Part shown: positions 8,354 through 18,591 of the stretch, in pieces
How the letters are laid out: the number at the start of each line of letters is the position of its first letter
How positions within the stretch are numbered: the first letter of the stretch is position 1
Assembly: GCA_964510925.1 (NCBI GenBank)
Contig: CAZEDS010000004.1
Location: forward strand, 500 to 64,499
Reading direction: 5' to 3'
DNA: 64,000 nucleotides
Source of the DNA: an uncultured Candidatus Saccharibacteria bacterium
GTDB taxonomy: Bacteria; Patescibacteriota; WWE3; 2-01-FULL-39-13
Position numbers and translations under genes: made by a program
Notes under the pieces: generated by a model
The model's input: the letters and a program-made list of their open reading frames with translations, nothing else
Database searches by the model: none
What the model was told of the DNA's origin: nothing

Positions 8354-10168
8354 ATGGACTTGAGAAATATCGCAATCATCGCACACGTCGACCACGGCAA
8401 AACCACATTAGTAGACGGACTTTTAAAACAATCAAAAACTTTCAGAGAAAATGAAGCATTCATGTCTCAAGAATTGATAATGGATTCCAATGATCAGGAA
8501 CGAGAAAGAGGCATCACAATTTTGGCTAAAAACACAGCAGTAATCTACAAAGACGTTAAAATCAACATTATTGATACCCCGGGTCACTCGGATTTTAGTG
8601 GAGAAGTCGAGCGTACATTAAACATGGCTGATGGTGCATTGTTGCTTGTAGACGCTCAAGAAGGTCCAATGCCACAAACAAAATTTGTGTTGAAAAAGGC
8701 TTTAGAGCTTAAGTTAAAACTCATTGTGATCGTTAATAAGATCGATAAAAAAGATGCTAGAGTCAAAGAAACTTTAGATAAAATTTATAATCTTTTTTTG
8801 GAACTTGCTACCGATGACAGTCAGTTAGAATTTCCAATTTTGTATGCAATCGGTCGAGATGCAAAATCATGGGAAAAAATGCCAAATGATTTTTCAGAAT
8901 CCGCAGATTTAACACCAATTTTTGATGCGATTTTAAAGTATATTCCTTCTCCTGCAGTAGAAGAAAATCAACCTTTCCAAATGTTGGTTTCTTCACTTGA
9001 TTGGGATAATTACAAAGGTAAATATGCAATTGGTAGAATTCGACGTGGTGCTATAAAGTCAGGTGATCAGCTTAAATTGATGAATCTCGAAGGAAAAAAT
9101 GAGCAAGTAACTGTTGATAAGATTTTTGTTAACCAAGGTTTAAAGAGGGTAGAGTCAACTATTGGCGAATCTGGCGATATTATTGCGATTACGGGTATTA
9201 AAAATGCAGAGATCGGTGATACATTGTCGGCTTCAGGTCATGCTGATGACATCTTTTCATCAATCAAGATTGGTGAACCTACTTTGAGCATTTCGATTGG
9301 ACCTAATACTTCTCCTTTAGTTGGAAAAGAAGGCTCTATATTAACTGGTCGACAAATTTTGGATCGTATTCAACAAGAGCTTCATGTAAATGTTGCTATG
9401 CGTTTTAGAATTGACGAAAGTGGACAATACATTTTATCTGGTAGAGGTGAGCTTCATATTTGTGTGTTTTTAGAAACTTTAAGTAGAGAAGGTTACGAGC
9501 TGGAAATTGGAAAGCCAAAAGTCATCACTAAAGTAATCGATGGTCATGAAGTCGAACCAATTGAAGAGTATTTGGTCGATGTTCCTGAAGAGCATGTTGG
9601 TGCAGTTAAAAGCGAATTTTCACAACGTGCAGGAGTTTTGATGATGCAAGAAGAAGCCGGTGTTGGAACTTCTCGATTGATTTTTGAAATTCCTACTAGA
9701 TATGTTTTAGGTTTGCGAAGCTTACTTCTAACTTTGACAAAAGGAACTGCTATCTCAAGTTCAACCTTTTTGCGTTATGACCGTGTAAATCAAACGATCA
9801 AAAAAACTAGAAAAGGTGTTCTTATCGCTACTGAATCAGGAAAAGCCACTATTTATGGCTTACGTAATGCACAAGAGCGTGGTGGTACCTTTATCGAGCC
9901 TCAAACACTAGTTTATGGCGGAATGATCGTCGGTATCAACCCTCGTGAAGGTGACCTCGAAATTAATGTTTGTAAGCCTAAACCAGTTTCAAACGTTCGC
10001 TCAAAAGGTGAAGATACAATCTTTTTAAGTGCTCCAATAAAAATGAGCCTTGAACAATTTTTTGGCTTTTTAGAAGAAGACGAACTTTTGGAAATAACAC
10101 CTCAAAATTTACGTTTGCGCAAAAAAATTCTTGATATGAATTTGCGATACAAGAGCCAACGAAAATAA
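8354..10168 (+). CDS. typA: translational GTPase TypA/BipA
   Basis: RNIAIIAHVDHGKTTLVD, ERERGITILAKN, DTPGH, NKID, GRGELH, C-terminal LEITP...RLRK. Confidence 0.97.
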   Translation: MDLRNIAIIAHVDHGKTTLVDGLLKQSKTFRENEAFMSQELIMDSNDQERERGITILAKNTAVIYKDVKINIIDTPGHSDFSGEVERTLNMADGALLLVDAQEGPMPQTKFVLKKALELKLKLIVIVNKIDKKDARVKETLDKIYNLFLELATDDSQLEFPILYAIGRDAKSWEKMPNDFSESADLTPIFDAILKYIPSPAVEENQPFQMLVSSLDWDNYKGKYAIGRIRRGAIKSGDQLKLMNLEGKNEQVTVDKIFVNQGLKRVESTIGESGDIIAITGIKNAEIGDTLSASGHADDIFSSIKIGEPTLSISIGPNTSPLVGKEGSILTGRQILDRIQQELHVNVAMRFRIDESGQYILSGRGELHICVFLETLSREGYELEIGKPKVITKVIDGHEVEPIEEYLVDVPEEHVGAVKSEFSQRAGVLMMQEEAGVGTSRLIFEIPTRYVLGLRSLLLTLTKGTAISSSTFLRYDRVNQTIKKTRKGVLIATESGKATIYGLRNAQERGGTFIEPQTLVYGGMIVGINPREGDLEINVCKPKPVSNVRSKGEDTIFLSAPIKMSLEQFFGFLEEDELLEITPQNLRLRKKILDMNLRYKSQRK

Positions 10169-10171
10169 TTT

Positions 10172-10293
10172 TTGAAGGTCGCACCTTTCAGAAGGTTGCT
10201 ATTTCAACAAAAAATAAATCTGTTTAAATTTGCTCAATTTTAGAACGGTTGTAATATATAGACTTTAAGCTGATTTAAAGGTGCGACCTTCAA
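10172..10293. repeat. REP/MITE-like element with 17-bp terminal inverted repeats TTGAAGGTCGCACCTTT
   Basis: 10172-10188 is the exact reverse complement of 10277-10293; the same core recurs at 13191-13223. Confidence 0.65.
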
Positions 10294-10565
10294 GTTAGCT
10301 GATTTGGGTTTTGTTTGATGAGTTCTAGTTTTTTTGATCTTGAGAGCTTTTTTATTTCATGTTCTCGCTTGAGCGCTTCACTTTTTGTTTCAAATTCTTC
10401 AACGTATATAAGCGTTACGGGTTGTCTGACACGTGTGTATTTCGCACCATTTTTTTCAGAATTATGATTTTCGATGCGTTTTTTAATATCTACAGTGTAA
10501 CCTGTATATAAGGTTTTATCGGAGCATTCGAGTATATAAACGAAGTTTGTTTTTGATTTTGGCAT
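10290..10565 (-). CDS. GIY-YIG nuclease (UPF0213/YhbQ-like)
   Basis: FVYILECSDKTLYTGYT...RIENHN...GAKYTR...EALKREHEIKKLSR. Start reassigned to ATG 10565. Confidence 0.9.
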   Translation of the reverse strand: MPKSKTNFVYILECSDKTLYTGYTVDIKKRIENHNSEKNGAKYTRVRQPVTLIYVEEFETKSEALKREHEIKKLSRSKKLELIKQNPNQLT

Positions 10566-10605
10566 TATAGTTGTTAATGTAAATATTTCCCATAAGATAT
10601 TGTAT

Positions 10606-11739
10606 ATGGATAAATACACAGAGACAAAAACAACGGGTTATTTTAATAGGATTGGCGATTCAATTAAAGGGTGTGTTTTTGGCTTAATAATAATACCTAT
10701 CGCATTTATTACTTTATATATTAACGAAGGCCGATATGATTTATCAAAACTCGCAAGGCAAACTGTTGAAATTTCCTCGATTGAAATCGCAAATAAAGAT
10801 TTATTACAGGGGGCTCCAGTTTCGGTTACTGGAAATATTTCAACCTCAGAAATGTTGGGGGATAACCTTTATCTTAAGCCAATAAATGTAATCGCTTTGG
10901 GGCGTGTTGTTGAAATGTACTCTTGGGTTGAAGATAGCAAATCAGATTCACATTCAAATACTGGCGGATCTGAAACGACTTCTACAACCTATAATTATTC
11001 AAAAAAATGGATGGTTACACCACAGGATTCTTCTAAATTTAAGCAATTTGAGGAGCATTTTAATCCGGAAAAATCTTTGCAAAACGTCGAATATCAAACA
11101 TCAGCTGCAAAAATTGGAGTTTATAAAGTTAATCCACAGTTTGCAACATTGCCTGAATTTCAAGATCTTTTCCTTACTGATGAAGATTTGATTCGTTCTG
11201 CTGATTATAGTTTGGCTTCTAATAAGTATCTTTTTATAAAAAAGGGTAAAGCTGGTACGATAGAAAATCCTGATATTGGTGATTTGCGCATAAAATACGT
11301 TGCATTTAAGCCGCAATCAAATATTACTGTTATGGGTAGCCTTAATCAGGACGAAGTGAATGCTTATGTTGATAGAGATGGACATAGTTTATATCGAATT
11401 TTTTATGGAAACCGTGAGGATTCTATAAAAGCTATGCACACTGAATATACTTGGTCATTATGGGCACTTAGGTTATTAGGATTTTTACTAATATGGGTTG
11501 GATTTTCGGCTATTTTCGGCCCTTTTAGTGTTATTTTAGATTTTTTCCCAATATTGGGAAGTTTGGGTCGATTTGGGTTAATTTTATTAACCTTTGTCAC
11601 TTCGCTTGTTTTAAGTTTATTAGTTATTTTTTTGTCTATAATTTTGCATAACCCTATTTTGATAATGGTTATTATTGGATTAGTTATGCTTGGATTTGGG
11701 ACAATAATGTATATGAAGAGGCCAAATACTGTCAATTAG
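10606..11739 (+). CDS. TMEM43/DUF1625-family membrane protein
   Basis: INEGR, RVVEMYSWVE, IGDLRI motifs; one N-terminal and several C-terminal TM helices. Confidence 0.85.
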   Translation: MDKYTETKTTGYFNRIGDSIKGCVFGLIIIPIAFITLYINEGRYDLSKLARQTVEISSIEIANKDLLQGAPVSVTGNISTSEMLGDNLYLKPINVIALGRVVEMYSWVEDSKSDSHSNTGGSETTSTTYNYSKKWMVTPQDSSKFKQFEEHFNPEKSLQNVEYQTSAAKIGVYKVNPQFATLPEFQDLFLTDEDLIRSADYSLASNKYLFIKKGKAGTIENPDIGDLRIKYVAFKPQSNITVMGSLNQDEVNAYVDRDGHSLYRIFYGNREDSIKAMHTEYTWSLWALRLLGFLLIWVGFSAIFGPFSVILDFFPILGSLGRFGLILLTFVTSLVLSLLVIFLSIILHNPILIMVIIGLVMLGFGTIMYMKRPNTVN

Positions 11740-11922
11740 GCCATTCTTGCTGCTTATGGTAGAATTGTGGTCATTGTTTTAATGAATCTGGGTTAAATTT
11801 GCATCTTTGAACTGTTTGCTTGATGCCACCACTCAATTTTCATTGAGAACAAGGAAATATCAAGTATAAAAGTTAAAGGTGAAGCCACTCTTTAGTGGTG
11901 CCATCTAAAATAAAGGATTCAT

Positions 11923-13179
11923 ATGTTGAGACAAACAAGGCACTTTGGTGCTTCCAGTAGCCGTAACGGCAGAGGTTTTTCAGGTAGTTCAGGTGGTCGA
12001 AGTTCGGGACGTAGTTCCGGTTTTGGCGGTGGTTTTTCCCGAGGTGGATCTCGAGGCGGAAGAGGCCGATTTAGCCAATATATCGATCCATCAAAATATA
12101 TTAAAAAAGCCGATTTTCAAGAGCAAGCGCCATACATGGCAGTAAATCAGTTCGCTGATTTTGAAATTCATGATTTGATTAAGAGAAATATCCATGAAAA
12201 AGGATATGTAACTCCATTGCCAATTCAAGACCAAACTATTCCTCATGCATTGCAAGGAAAAGATATTGTAGGTATCGCAAATACAGGTACAGGTAAAACT
12301 GCAGCTTTTGTCATTCCTCTTTTACATAAAATGCTTACGGATAAAAACCAAAAAGCTATTATTGTAGCTCCTACAAGAGAACTTGCACAACAAATTGAGC
12401 AAGAAGTCAGAACTTTTGCTAAAGGAAGTGGTTTAAGCGGTGCACTTTTAATTGGTGGTGCTTCAATGCAGCTTCAATATAGAGCATTAAGAAATAACCC
12501 TAATATTATTATTGGAACACCTGGACGTATTAAGGATCATGTTCAACGTAATTCGATAAAACTTGCTACATTTCAAAATATTGTTTTGGATGAAGTCGAT
12601 CGAATGCTTGATATGGGATTCATTGATGATATTACAGAATTATTAAACCAGTTATCTCCAGAACGACAATCATTGTTTTTTACAGCTACTCTAGATGAGA
12701 AGATTCGGGTTCTTGTTCAAAGATTTGCAAAAAATCCTTTGATAATTTCTGTGAAAACAGGCGAGACTAGCAGCAATGTTAACCAAGATGTTATTAGATA
12801 TATGTCTGAAGGTGACAAAATGGAAAAATTGCACGATGCATTGTCACATGTTGATGCTCATAAAATTATTATTTTTGATGAGACACAAAGAAGTGTTGAA
12901 AAATTAAAATTAACACTTGAAGAACGCGGTTTTAAAGTTGATGCTATTCATGGTGGAAAAAGCCAAGGTCAGAGACAACGAGCTTTAGTGCGTTTTAAAA
13001 AGAACGAAGTTAAAGTTTTGGTCGCAACAGATGTTGCTGCTCGTGGTTTAGATATAACTGATATCACTCACGTTATAAATTTTACACAACCACAAAGCTA
13101 TGATGATTACATTCATAGAATTGGTCGTGCTGGAAGAGCTGGCCGTGTTGGGTATGCATTTACGTTTATTAGAGGTTAA
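11923..13179 (+). CDS. DEAD-box RNA helicase with RGG-rich N-terminus
   Basis: Q motif, TGTGKT, PTRELA, TPGR, DEVD, ARGLD, HRIGRAGR. Confidence 0.95.
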   Translation: MLRQTRHFGASSSRNGRGFSGSSGGRSSGRSSGFGGGFSRGGSRGGRGRFSQYIDPSKYIKKADFQEQAPYMAVNQFADFEIHDLIKRNIHEKGYVTPLPIQDQTIPHALQGKDIVGIANTGTGKTAAFVIPLLHKMLTDKNQKAIIVAPTRELAQQIEQEVRTFAKGSGLSGALLIGGASMQLQYRALRNNPNIIIGTPGRIKDHVQRNSIKLATFQNIVLDEVDRMLDMGFIDDITELLNQLSPERQSLFFTATLDEKIRVLVQRFAKNPLIISVKTGETSSNVNQDVIRYMSEGDKMEKLHDALSHVDAHKIIIFDETQRSVEKLKLTLEERGFKVDAIHGGKSQGQRQRALVRFKKNEVKVLVATDVAARGLDITDITHVINFTQPQSYDDYIHRIGRAGRAGRVGYAFTFIRG

Positions 13180-13190
13180 TAAACTTTAAA

Positions 13191-13229
13191 TTTGAAGGTC
13201 GCACCCAAAAGGGTGCGACCTTTTTTTTT
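13191..13229 (+). terminator. terminator hairpin built from the GAAGGTCGCACC repeat
   Basis: AAGGTCGCACCC-AAAA-GGGTGCGACCTT followed by a T-run, between convergent genes. Confidence 0.75.
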
Positions 13230-13231
13230 GC

Positions 13232-14485
13232 TCAATTAAAAAGATTGTAAAAGAATTTTTGTATTTTAAAAAATATTCCTTCGTATTCTTTTTCGAGAAT
13301 AAAATTAAGGTTAGTTGTATTGTTTATATTGAGTTTTTCAATTGTGGCGATATGATCAGAAGCGGCAATGTTTAAGCTGAAGCTTTTTTGGTTAGAATCT
13401 TCAAGCGATGGTAGTTTAATAAGAAAATGTCCATCGACATCACTTTTATAAATATTTTCATTATAAGTAAGTTCTGCATAGCTTATTGGTTGGTTAATTT
13501 TATTTACGATCGCGCCACTGATTATTAGTGGTGAATAATAGCTATTTATAGCTTTTATTGCTAATCGAGGTTTTCCGTTTGGTTCCCAAATTTGTGTCGA
13601 ACCGCCAGTGCCAGTCCAATAATTTAGACCAATCACACCATCAATTTGGGAGATTTGTCTTAAGGTCTCTTGTATCCAATCGTGCTGCTGTTGTTCGTTC
13701 ATTTCTCCGTTAATGTCGATAATGGGGGCGCCAAATTCACCTAATACAATTTTTCCACCTGAAAGATTTATGTATTCTTTAATATCTTTAGCTAGTTGTT
13801 CTCCATTTTTTACGTAGTGATCTATTGTGACAATGCCTCCAAGTTCTTGTGTGGTGTTCTTGTCCATTATTAATTTGGCAACATCACCATTCATTGAGAA
13901 ATAGCTTGTTTCAATTCCTTGTTTTCCGAGGCTTAAAAATGTTTTGACTGCTATTTTTTTTGATTCTAATAAAAATTTTCGATGACCTTCAATATCATTT
14001 GTTTGTCTTGGATCTCCCGGTCCACCATTTTCGCATTCTGGACATGAAATAAAGATATCTCCATCTTTAAACAAGTTGTTATTTTCTTTTATAAACTTTT
14101 CGGTTAGTTTTAAATGTTCTTCTCTTGAAATAGGTGGGTAATCAAACCAACCTTCCCATCCACTAAAGTTTCCACGAAACCAAATTTTAAGATTATATTT
14201 TCTTGCAGTATCTACCCATCTTTTCAAAAATGGAAGAAATTCATTATCATAAGGTGTGCCGATCGCTACATGGGTTGCTCCAGTTTGGGCGATGTCCCTG
14301 ATTTGCATTTCAATAATTGCATCAAAATTTGGATCGGCAAGTTTTTCACGAGCTTTGTCACGTGAATATTTCATGGTATCAATTGACTGTATTTTCCACC
14401 AAGTTGGTTTAGTTTTTTCTTGTGCATGTGCTGTGTTTACAGACAACGAAAGAAATAAAAGTATTAATAAGATAAATTTTTTCAT
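13232..14485 (-). CDS. secreted glycoside-hydrolase-like protein with C-terminal beta-sandwich
   Basis: Signal peptide; PECENG and IVLGEFG resemble clan GH-A acid/base and nucleophile motifs; last gene of the glycan operon. Confidence 0.55.
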   Translation of the reverse strand: MKKFILLILLFLSLSVNTAHAQEKTKPTWWKIQSIDTMKYSRDKAREKLADPNFDAIIEMQIRDIAQTGATHVAIGTPYDNEFLPFLKRWVDTARKYNLKIWFRGNFSGWEGWFDYPPISREEHLKLTEKFIKENNNLFKDGDIFISCPECENGGPGDPRQTNDIEGHRKFLLESKKIAVKTFLSLGKQGIETSYFSMNGDVAKLIMDKNTTQELGGIVTIDHYVKNGEQLAKDIKEYINLSGGKIVLGEFGAPIIDINGEMNEQQQHDWIQETLRQISQIDGVIGLNYWTGTGGSTQIWEPNGKPRLAIKAINSYYSPLIISGAIVNKINQPISYAELTYNENIYKSDVDGHFLIKLPSLEDSNQKSFSLNIAASDHIATIEKLNINNTTNLNFILEKEYEGIFFKIQKFFYNLFN

Positions 14486-14559
14486 AGTTCAAAAACAGTA
14501 TACTTTATTCTTTAGTAACTTAAGACCATTTATATTTGAGAGCTGATCATCTTTTATTG

Positions 14560-16257
14560 TTATTTATTATTTAATAACGTTGGTTTTGTATTGAGCTCTT
14601 TTTGATATTCTGGCTTTAATTCGTAAATATCTGCAAACGGAAAATGATTTACAAGTTGATACTTATCCATTGATGGATTATCTTTGATTGCTTTCCACGT
14701 TAAATCATTGTCATCATATGTTCTTGCAATGATCCATTTAGCCCAAAGCTCAGGATTTTGCGTTGCAACATCCCAATATCCTCCGGTACCTTCATGTATA
14801 AATCTTTTCATTGGTAATCCTGATGAAAAGATAATTGCATCATGCGAAGCGGCTGAAATTAAAATAAAACCATCTTGGTCTTTTGCATTTTTATAAAGCC
14901 AACCACTAACTTCCGAAACATTTTTCTGGCTTGATCCAACCGTTGCATCATCTATTGTTACGGCATCATAGCCATTAAATGCAAAAAATGTAATGAATAT
15001 CATTAATCCGAAAAGCATTATTCGTAGATTCTTTATTTTATAGGTAAGGTATCCGATAAATATTGCAATTGAAGGCATTAACATAATCCCATATCGAACA
15101 TTAAACCAAGTGTCTCCAGACAATCCTTGGATAAACAGAACTGAGTGGCCTAAATATAAGGCAAGAATATTAAAGGCTAGTGGTGCGATTAATGCGGTTG
15201 AGCAAATCCTTACTGTTTTTGAAATTGTCTTATCGGTCCATAAACTAAGTGCTCCGAGTGCACCTAAAATTACAAAAATTGCGTTTGAATTATAGACAAG
15301 TGCGTAATAGTAAAATTTAATTGATAACCATAAATTATATTTTGTTTGAAGAACTCCTGCGGTTTCGAGTTGGTCTTGTTGTGCTTTTGCAGAAAATGGT
15401 CCTAATATAAAGTAAAGAGGATCTTTAAAAATAATAAGATTCCATGCAAACCAGAGCATAATACCAAATGCAGATAATGTTAAAAATAAAATCATAAAAC
15501 CTTCTGTTACTTTGTATGCTGATTTTAATTCTATAAGTAAATTTTTAAATTTTATTTTTTTATTTTCTATAAAGTTTGAAATATGTACGTTTTCAGCAAA
15601 TGTAATTAAAGCGAGTATTCCTGAACACCAAATTAATAAGAACCATCCATCATATCTGACTAATGTAGAAAGCATTATCCAAAAAGCGCTTTTTATTAAG
15701 CTTAAAACATTCTTTTTTTCACCCCAAGTTAAGAGCTCGTACGATGCAATGGTCATTGTCGCTAACAACAACAATTCTGTCATTGCAGTAGATTGCAAAT
15801 ATAAAATATTTAAATTTGTTGCAAATACAAAAATTGCAATAATTCTTGAGAATAGATCAACTCCAAGATGCTCTAAAAATTTATAAATTATTAAGCCAGT
15901 GATTATGTATGAAAGCATTGAAAACATTGCTCCAGAGAGTCCAGAGTGCCACATGTAATCGTTCCAAATAGTAAGTGTCATTAAGAAATGTGGCAAAGGC
16001 AACCACACTGAACCCAATTGGGCGAGACCTGGCTTGAGCCCTTCTACAACACGTCTTCCGATGTCTAGGTGAGATCTTGCATCGTTGTATGCTAATCCTA
16101 GCTTGTTATCAAGATAATGATCAAAAGCATAAATTGAAATCGCAGATAATATTGTAATGATTATTATCTTATGATTGTTATATAGAATCTTTGAGAATTT
16201 GCCTTTCCAAATTTTAGGGATTGTTATCTGGAGTTGTAAATTTTTAAAGCTGTACAT
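14560..16257 (-). CDS. GT-C fold (ArnT/PMT-like) membrane glycosyltransferase
   Basis: YNDARSHL, WLPLPH, MTE, RYDGW; many TM helices. Confidence 0.75.
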   Translation of the reverse strand: MYSFKNLQLQITIPKIWKGKFSKILYNNHKIIIITILSAISIYAFDHYLDNKLGLAYNDARSHLDIGRRVVEGLKPGLAQLGSVWLPLPHFLMTLTIWNDYMWHSGLSGAMFSMLSYIITGLIIYKFLEHLGVDLFSRIIAIFVFATNLNILYLQSTAMTELLLLATMTIASYELLTWGEKKNVLSLIKSAFWIMLSTLVRYDGWFLLIWCSGILALITFAENVHISNFIENKKIKFKNLLIELKSAYKVTEGFMILFLTLSAFGIMLWFAWNLIIFKDPLYFILGPFSAKAQQDQLETAGVLQTKYNLWLSIKFYYYALVYNSNAIFVILGALGALSLWTDKTISKTVRICSTALIAPLAFNILALYLGHSVLFIQGLSGDTWFNVRYGIMLMPSIAIFIGYLTYKIKNLRIMLFGLMIFITFFAFNGYDAVTIDDATVGSSQKNVSEVSGWLYKNAKDQDGFILISAASHDAIIFSSGLPMKRFIHEGTGGYWDVATQNPELWAKWIIARTYDDNDLTWKAIKDNPSMDKYQLVNHFPFADIYELKPEYQKELNTKPTLLNNK

Positions 16258-17830
16258 GTTTTGCTCCTTTTTTGAAAATATTTAGTGTGAGTAACAATAT
16301 AAAAAGACTTAGAATTGTTCCATATATCAATTTGAAATAATTCCATACATTAAGTTTGTTTATAAAATAAGTGTTATAGACAAATGATTTTGTTTTATTA
16401 TCAACAATTTGATCTAAATTTCTTTCGTACGTATATTTTTCTTGTTTTTTAGATAGTTGCTCAATTTGTAATACTTCAACTTGAGGTGGGTTTGCGTTTG
16501 ATGTGATTCCACCAATGGTATTTATAAATGCAGAATATGAAAATAGAGCTATAAACAAAATAATAAAAATAATATTTTTTCTATATTTTTCAACCGCATA
16601 AGCCATTCCAATAGTCATTACTGCATAAGTTGGAATTAAATATCTTGCACCAAATGCCCAGCCTCCCCATGGATCGCCCCACATTGTATAAAGTGTTAAA
16701 TTAAAAGCAATGACAGCGATTAACACTACAGACCATGTTTTTTCTTTTTTATAAAATTCTATGAAACCTAAAATCATTACCAATATTATTGGTGAATAAT
16801 ACAAAGCTCCACGATCTGGACTGAAAAGAAGTATGTATAGACCTTGTTGCATATTTCTTGTCCGGAAAAAATTTACAGCACTTCTTTCTTGCTTTGTAGT
16901 TTCTTCAACTGAACTGCCACCTTTACTTATTTGTTTTCCGACAACAATTGCAGGTTGTCCGTTTTCATCGATTTCTTTTACTTGCGTTACGGTACCAGCT
17001 AATTTTGTTGGACTTCCGTATGATAATTGATTAAAAGATGCTAAAAAGAAGAGCGGTGGAATGATATACGCTAATGTTAAAATTTTCACAAAATTTACTG
17101 AAACTTGTATTTTATCTGTTTCATTTTTTATCTTAACGATTTTTATTAATCCATATAAACCAATAGGGAACATTAAGAAAAAATTTGGAAAGTCTATTAA
17201 TATACTTAATCCGCATAAAAACCAAACGGTTGATAATCCTAAAAATGGGCTTAATCTTTTAAGCGCATAAATTGCGGCTAATACGCAAAAAGTTGATAAG
17301 TGGTGTTGATATAGACTGACTCCATATGAAAATGCATTAGTCGCAAATATAAATGTTATTGCGCAAAGATTTGCAACAATATAATCGAATCCAAAGCTTA
17401 AAATAATTTTTCGAATCAACCAAAAATTTATTATCGCAAAGATTGTGATAACGGCAAAAGCACCAATTTGCGCTATTCCAAAATATTTACCGATAATATA
17501 GCCAGGTGTGATTAAAAATGATAATCCAGGTGCGAATAGTGATACATAGTATCCGTTGTAATAACCTAAATCTGGAGAGGCAAATTTTGCGATAGGTACT
17601 GAAAAATGAACGCTTTTATTTTCTGCAATGGAATACATTAGTGCGAATCTACCTCTGTCTGGAGATAATTCTAAAGGTCCATTTATTACCCATTTTTCAG
17701 AATTAAGTTCGTCGACTGTTGGATTTCCAGCATTACCTCGAATATTTATTATTAATAGAAGTGCAACTGTTATTAAAATAAAAAAGCTGACTAATTGTTT
17801 AAATATTTTTGCTACCTTGGATTTGGTCAT
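16244..17830 (-). CDS. polytopic membrane protein, probable GT-C glycosyltransferase
   Basis: Many TM helices, LFSPDRG and WGGWAFGARYLIP motifs; operon context. Confidence 0.6.
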   Translation of the reverse strand: MTKSKVAKIFKQLVSFFILITVALLLIINIRGNAGNPTVDELNSEKWVINGPLELSPDRGRFALMYSIAENKSVHFSVPIAKFASPDLGYYNGYYVSLFAPGLSFLITPGYIIGKYFGIAQIGAFAVITIFAIINFWLIRKIILSFGFDYIVANLCAITFIFATNAFSYGVSLYQHHLSTFCVLAAIYALKRLSPFLGLSTVWFLCGLSILIDFPNFFLMFPIGLYGLIKIVKIKNETDKIQVSVNFVKILTLAYIIPPLFFLASFNQLSYGSPTKLAGTVTQVKEIDENGQPAIVVGKQISKGGSSVEETTKQERSAVNFFRTRNMQQGLYILLFSPDRGALYYSPIILVMILGFIEFYKKEKTWSVVLIAVIAFNLTLYTMWGDPWGGWAFGARYLIPTYAVMTIGMAYAVEKYRKNIIFIILFIALFSYSAFINTIGGITSNANPPQVEVLQIEQLSKKQEKYTYERNLDQIVDNKTKSFVYNTYFINKLNVWNYFKLIYGTILSLFILLLTLNIFKKGAKHVQL

Positions 17831-18591
17831 ATTGTTTGTTCCTTCGATTTAAAAACTAATCCTTCAAAATCGAGGTCGTCAAATTTAATAATCATTCCTA
17901 TTACTTGTGCAACTCTATCAGGACTCATGAAATCTCCTGCATTAGTGGATACAAATGTGTTAACAGTTCCAGGCATTAGACAAATTGATCGTACGCCAGT
18001 ACCTTTTAATTCTTTGTTTAATGCAAAACTGAATCCTTCGATTGCGTATTTTGAGGTCGCATATAAAACTTTATTTGCACCAACATTTGTGTTGTGACTA
18101 ATTTTTGATCCAATATTTATTATTGTTCCAGATTTATTTTTTTTGAAGTGTGGAATCAAATTTGCACTCAAATTTATTGCGCCTTTTATATTTGTATCGA
18201 TTATTTTATTTATATCTTCGTTTGTAGATTCTTCGAGTGGCTTTTCTATGTTTACTCCAGCGTTATTTATCAATACATCTATATTTATATTTTGATTAAG
18301 TATCGAATTGATTGTCTGTTTAGTTTTTTCGAAATTAGAAATATCTAATTCATAAAGTTTTACAGCACTAAATTTTTCTGATGGAAAAATATTTTTTAGC
18401 TCGTCAATTTTTCGGCCTAATAAAATTAAATTGCAGCCTTGTTCTTGTAAATATTCTGCAGTTGCTTTGCCAATTCCTTTGCTTGCACCTGTGATAATTA
18501 CAGTTTTACCTTTTAGTTCTGCTAAAGGTAACGCATTTGTGATTTTGTCACGTAATATTAAATTGATTGTTTTTTTAATATTATTTAACAT
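17827..18591 (-). CDS. SDR-family oxidoreductase
   Basis: TGASKGIG, NNAG, YATSK. Confidence 0.92.
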   Translation of the reverse strand: MLNNIKKTINLILRDKITNALPLAELKGKTVIITGASKGIGKATAEYLQEQGCNLILLGRKIDELKNIFPSEKFSAVKLYELDISNFEKTKQTINSILNQNINIDVLINNAGVNIEKPLEESTNEDINKIIDTNIKGAINLSANLIPHFKKNKSGTIINIGSKISHNTNVGANKVLYATSKYAIEGFSFALNKELKGTGVRSICLMPGTVNTFVSTNAGDFMSPDRVAQVIGMIIKFDDLDFEGLVFKSKEQTI

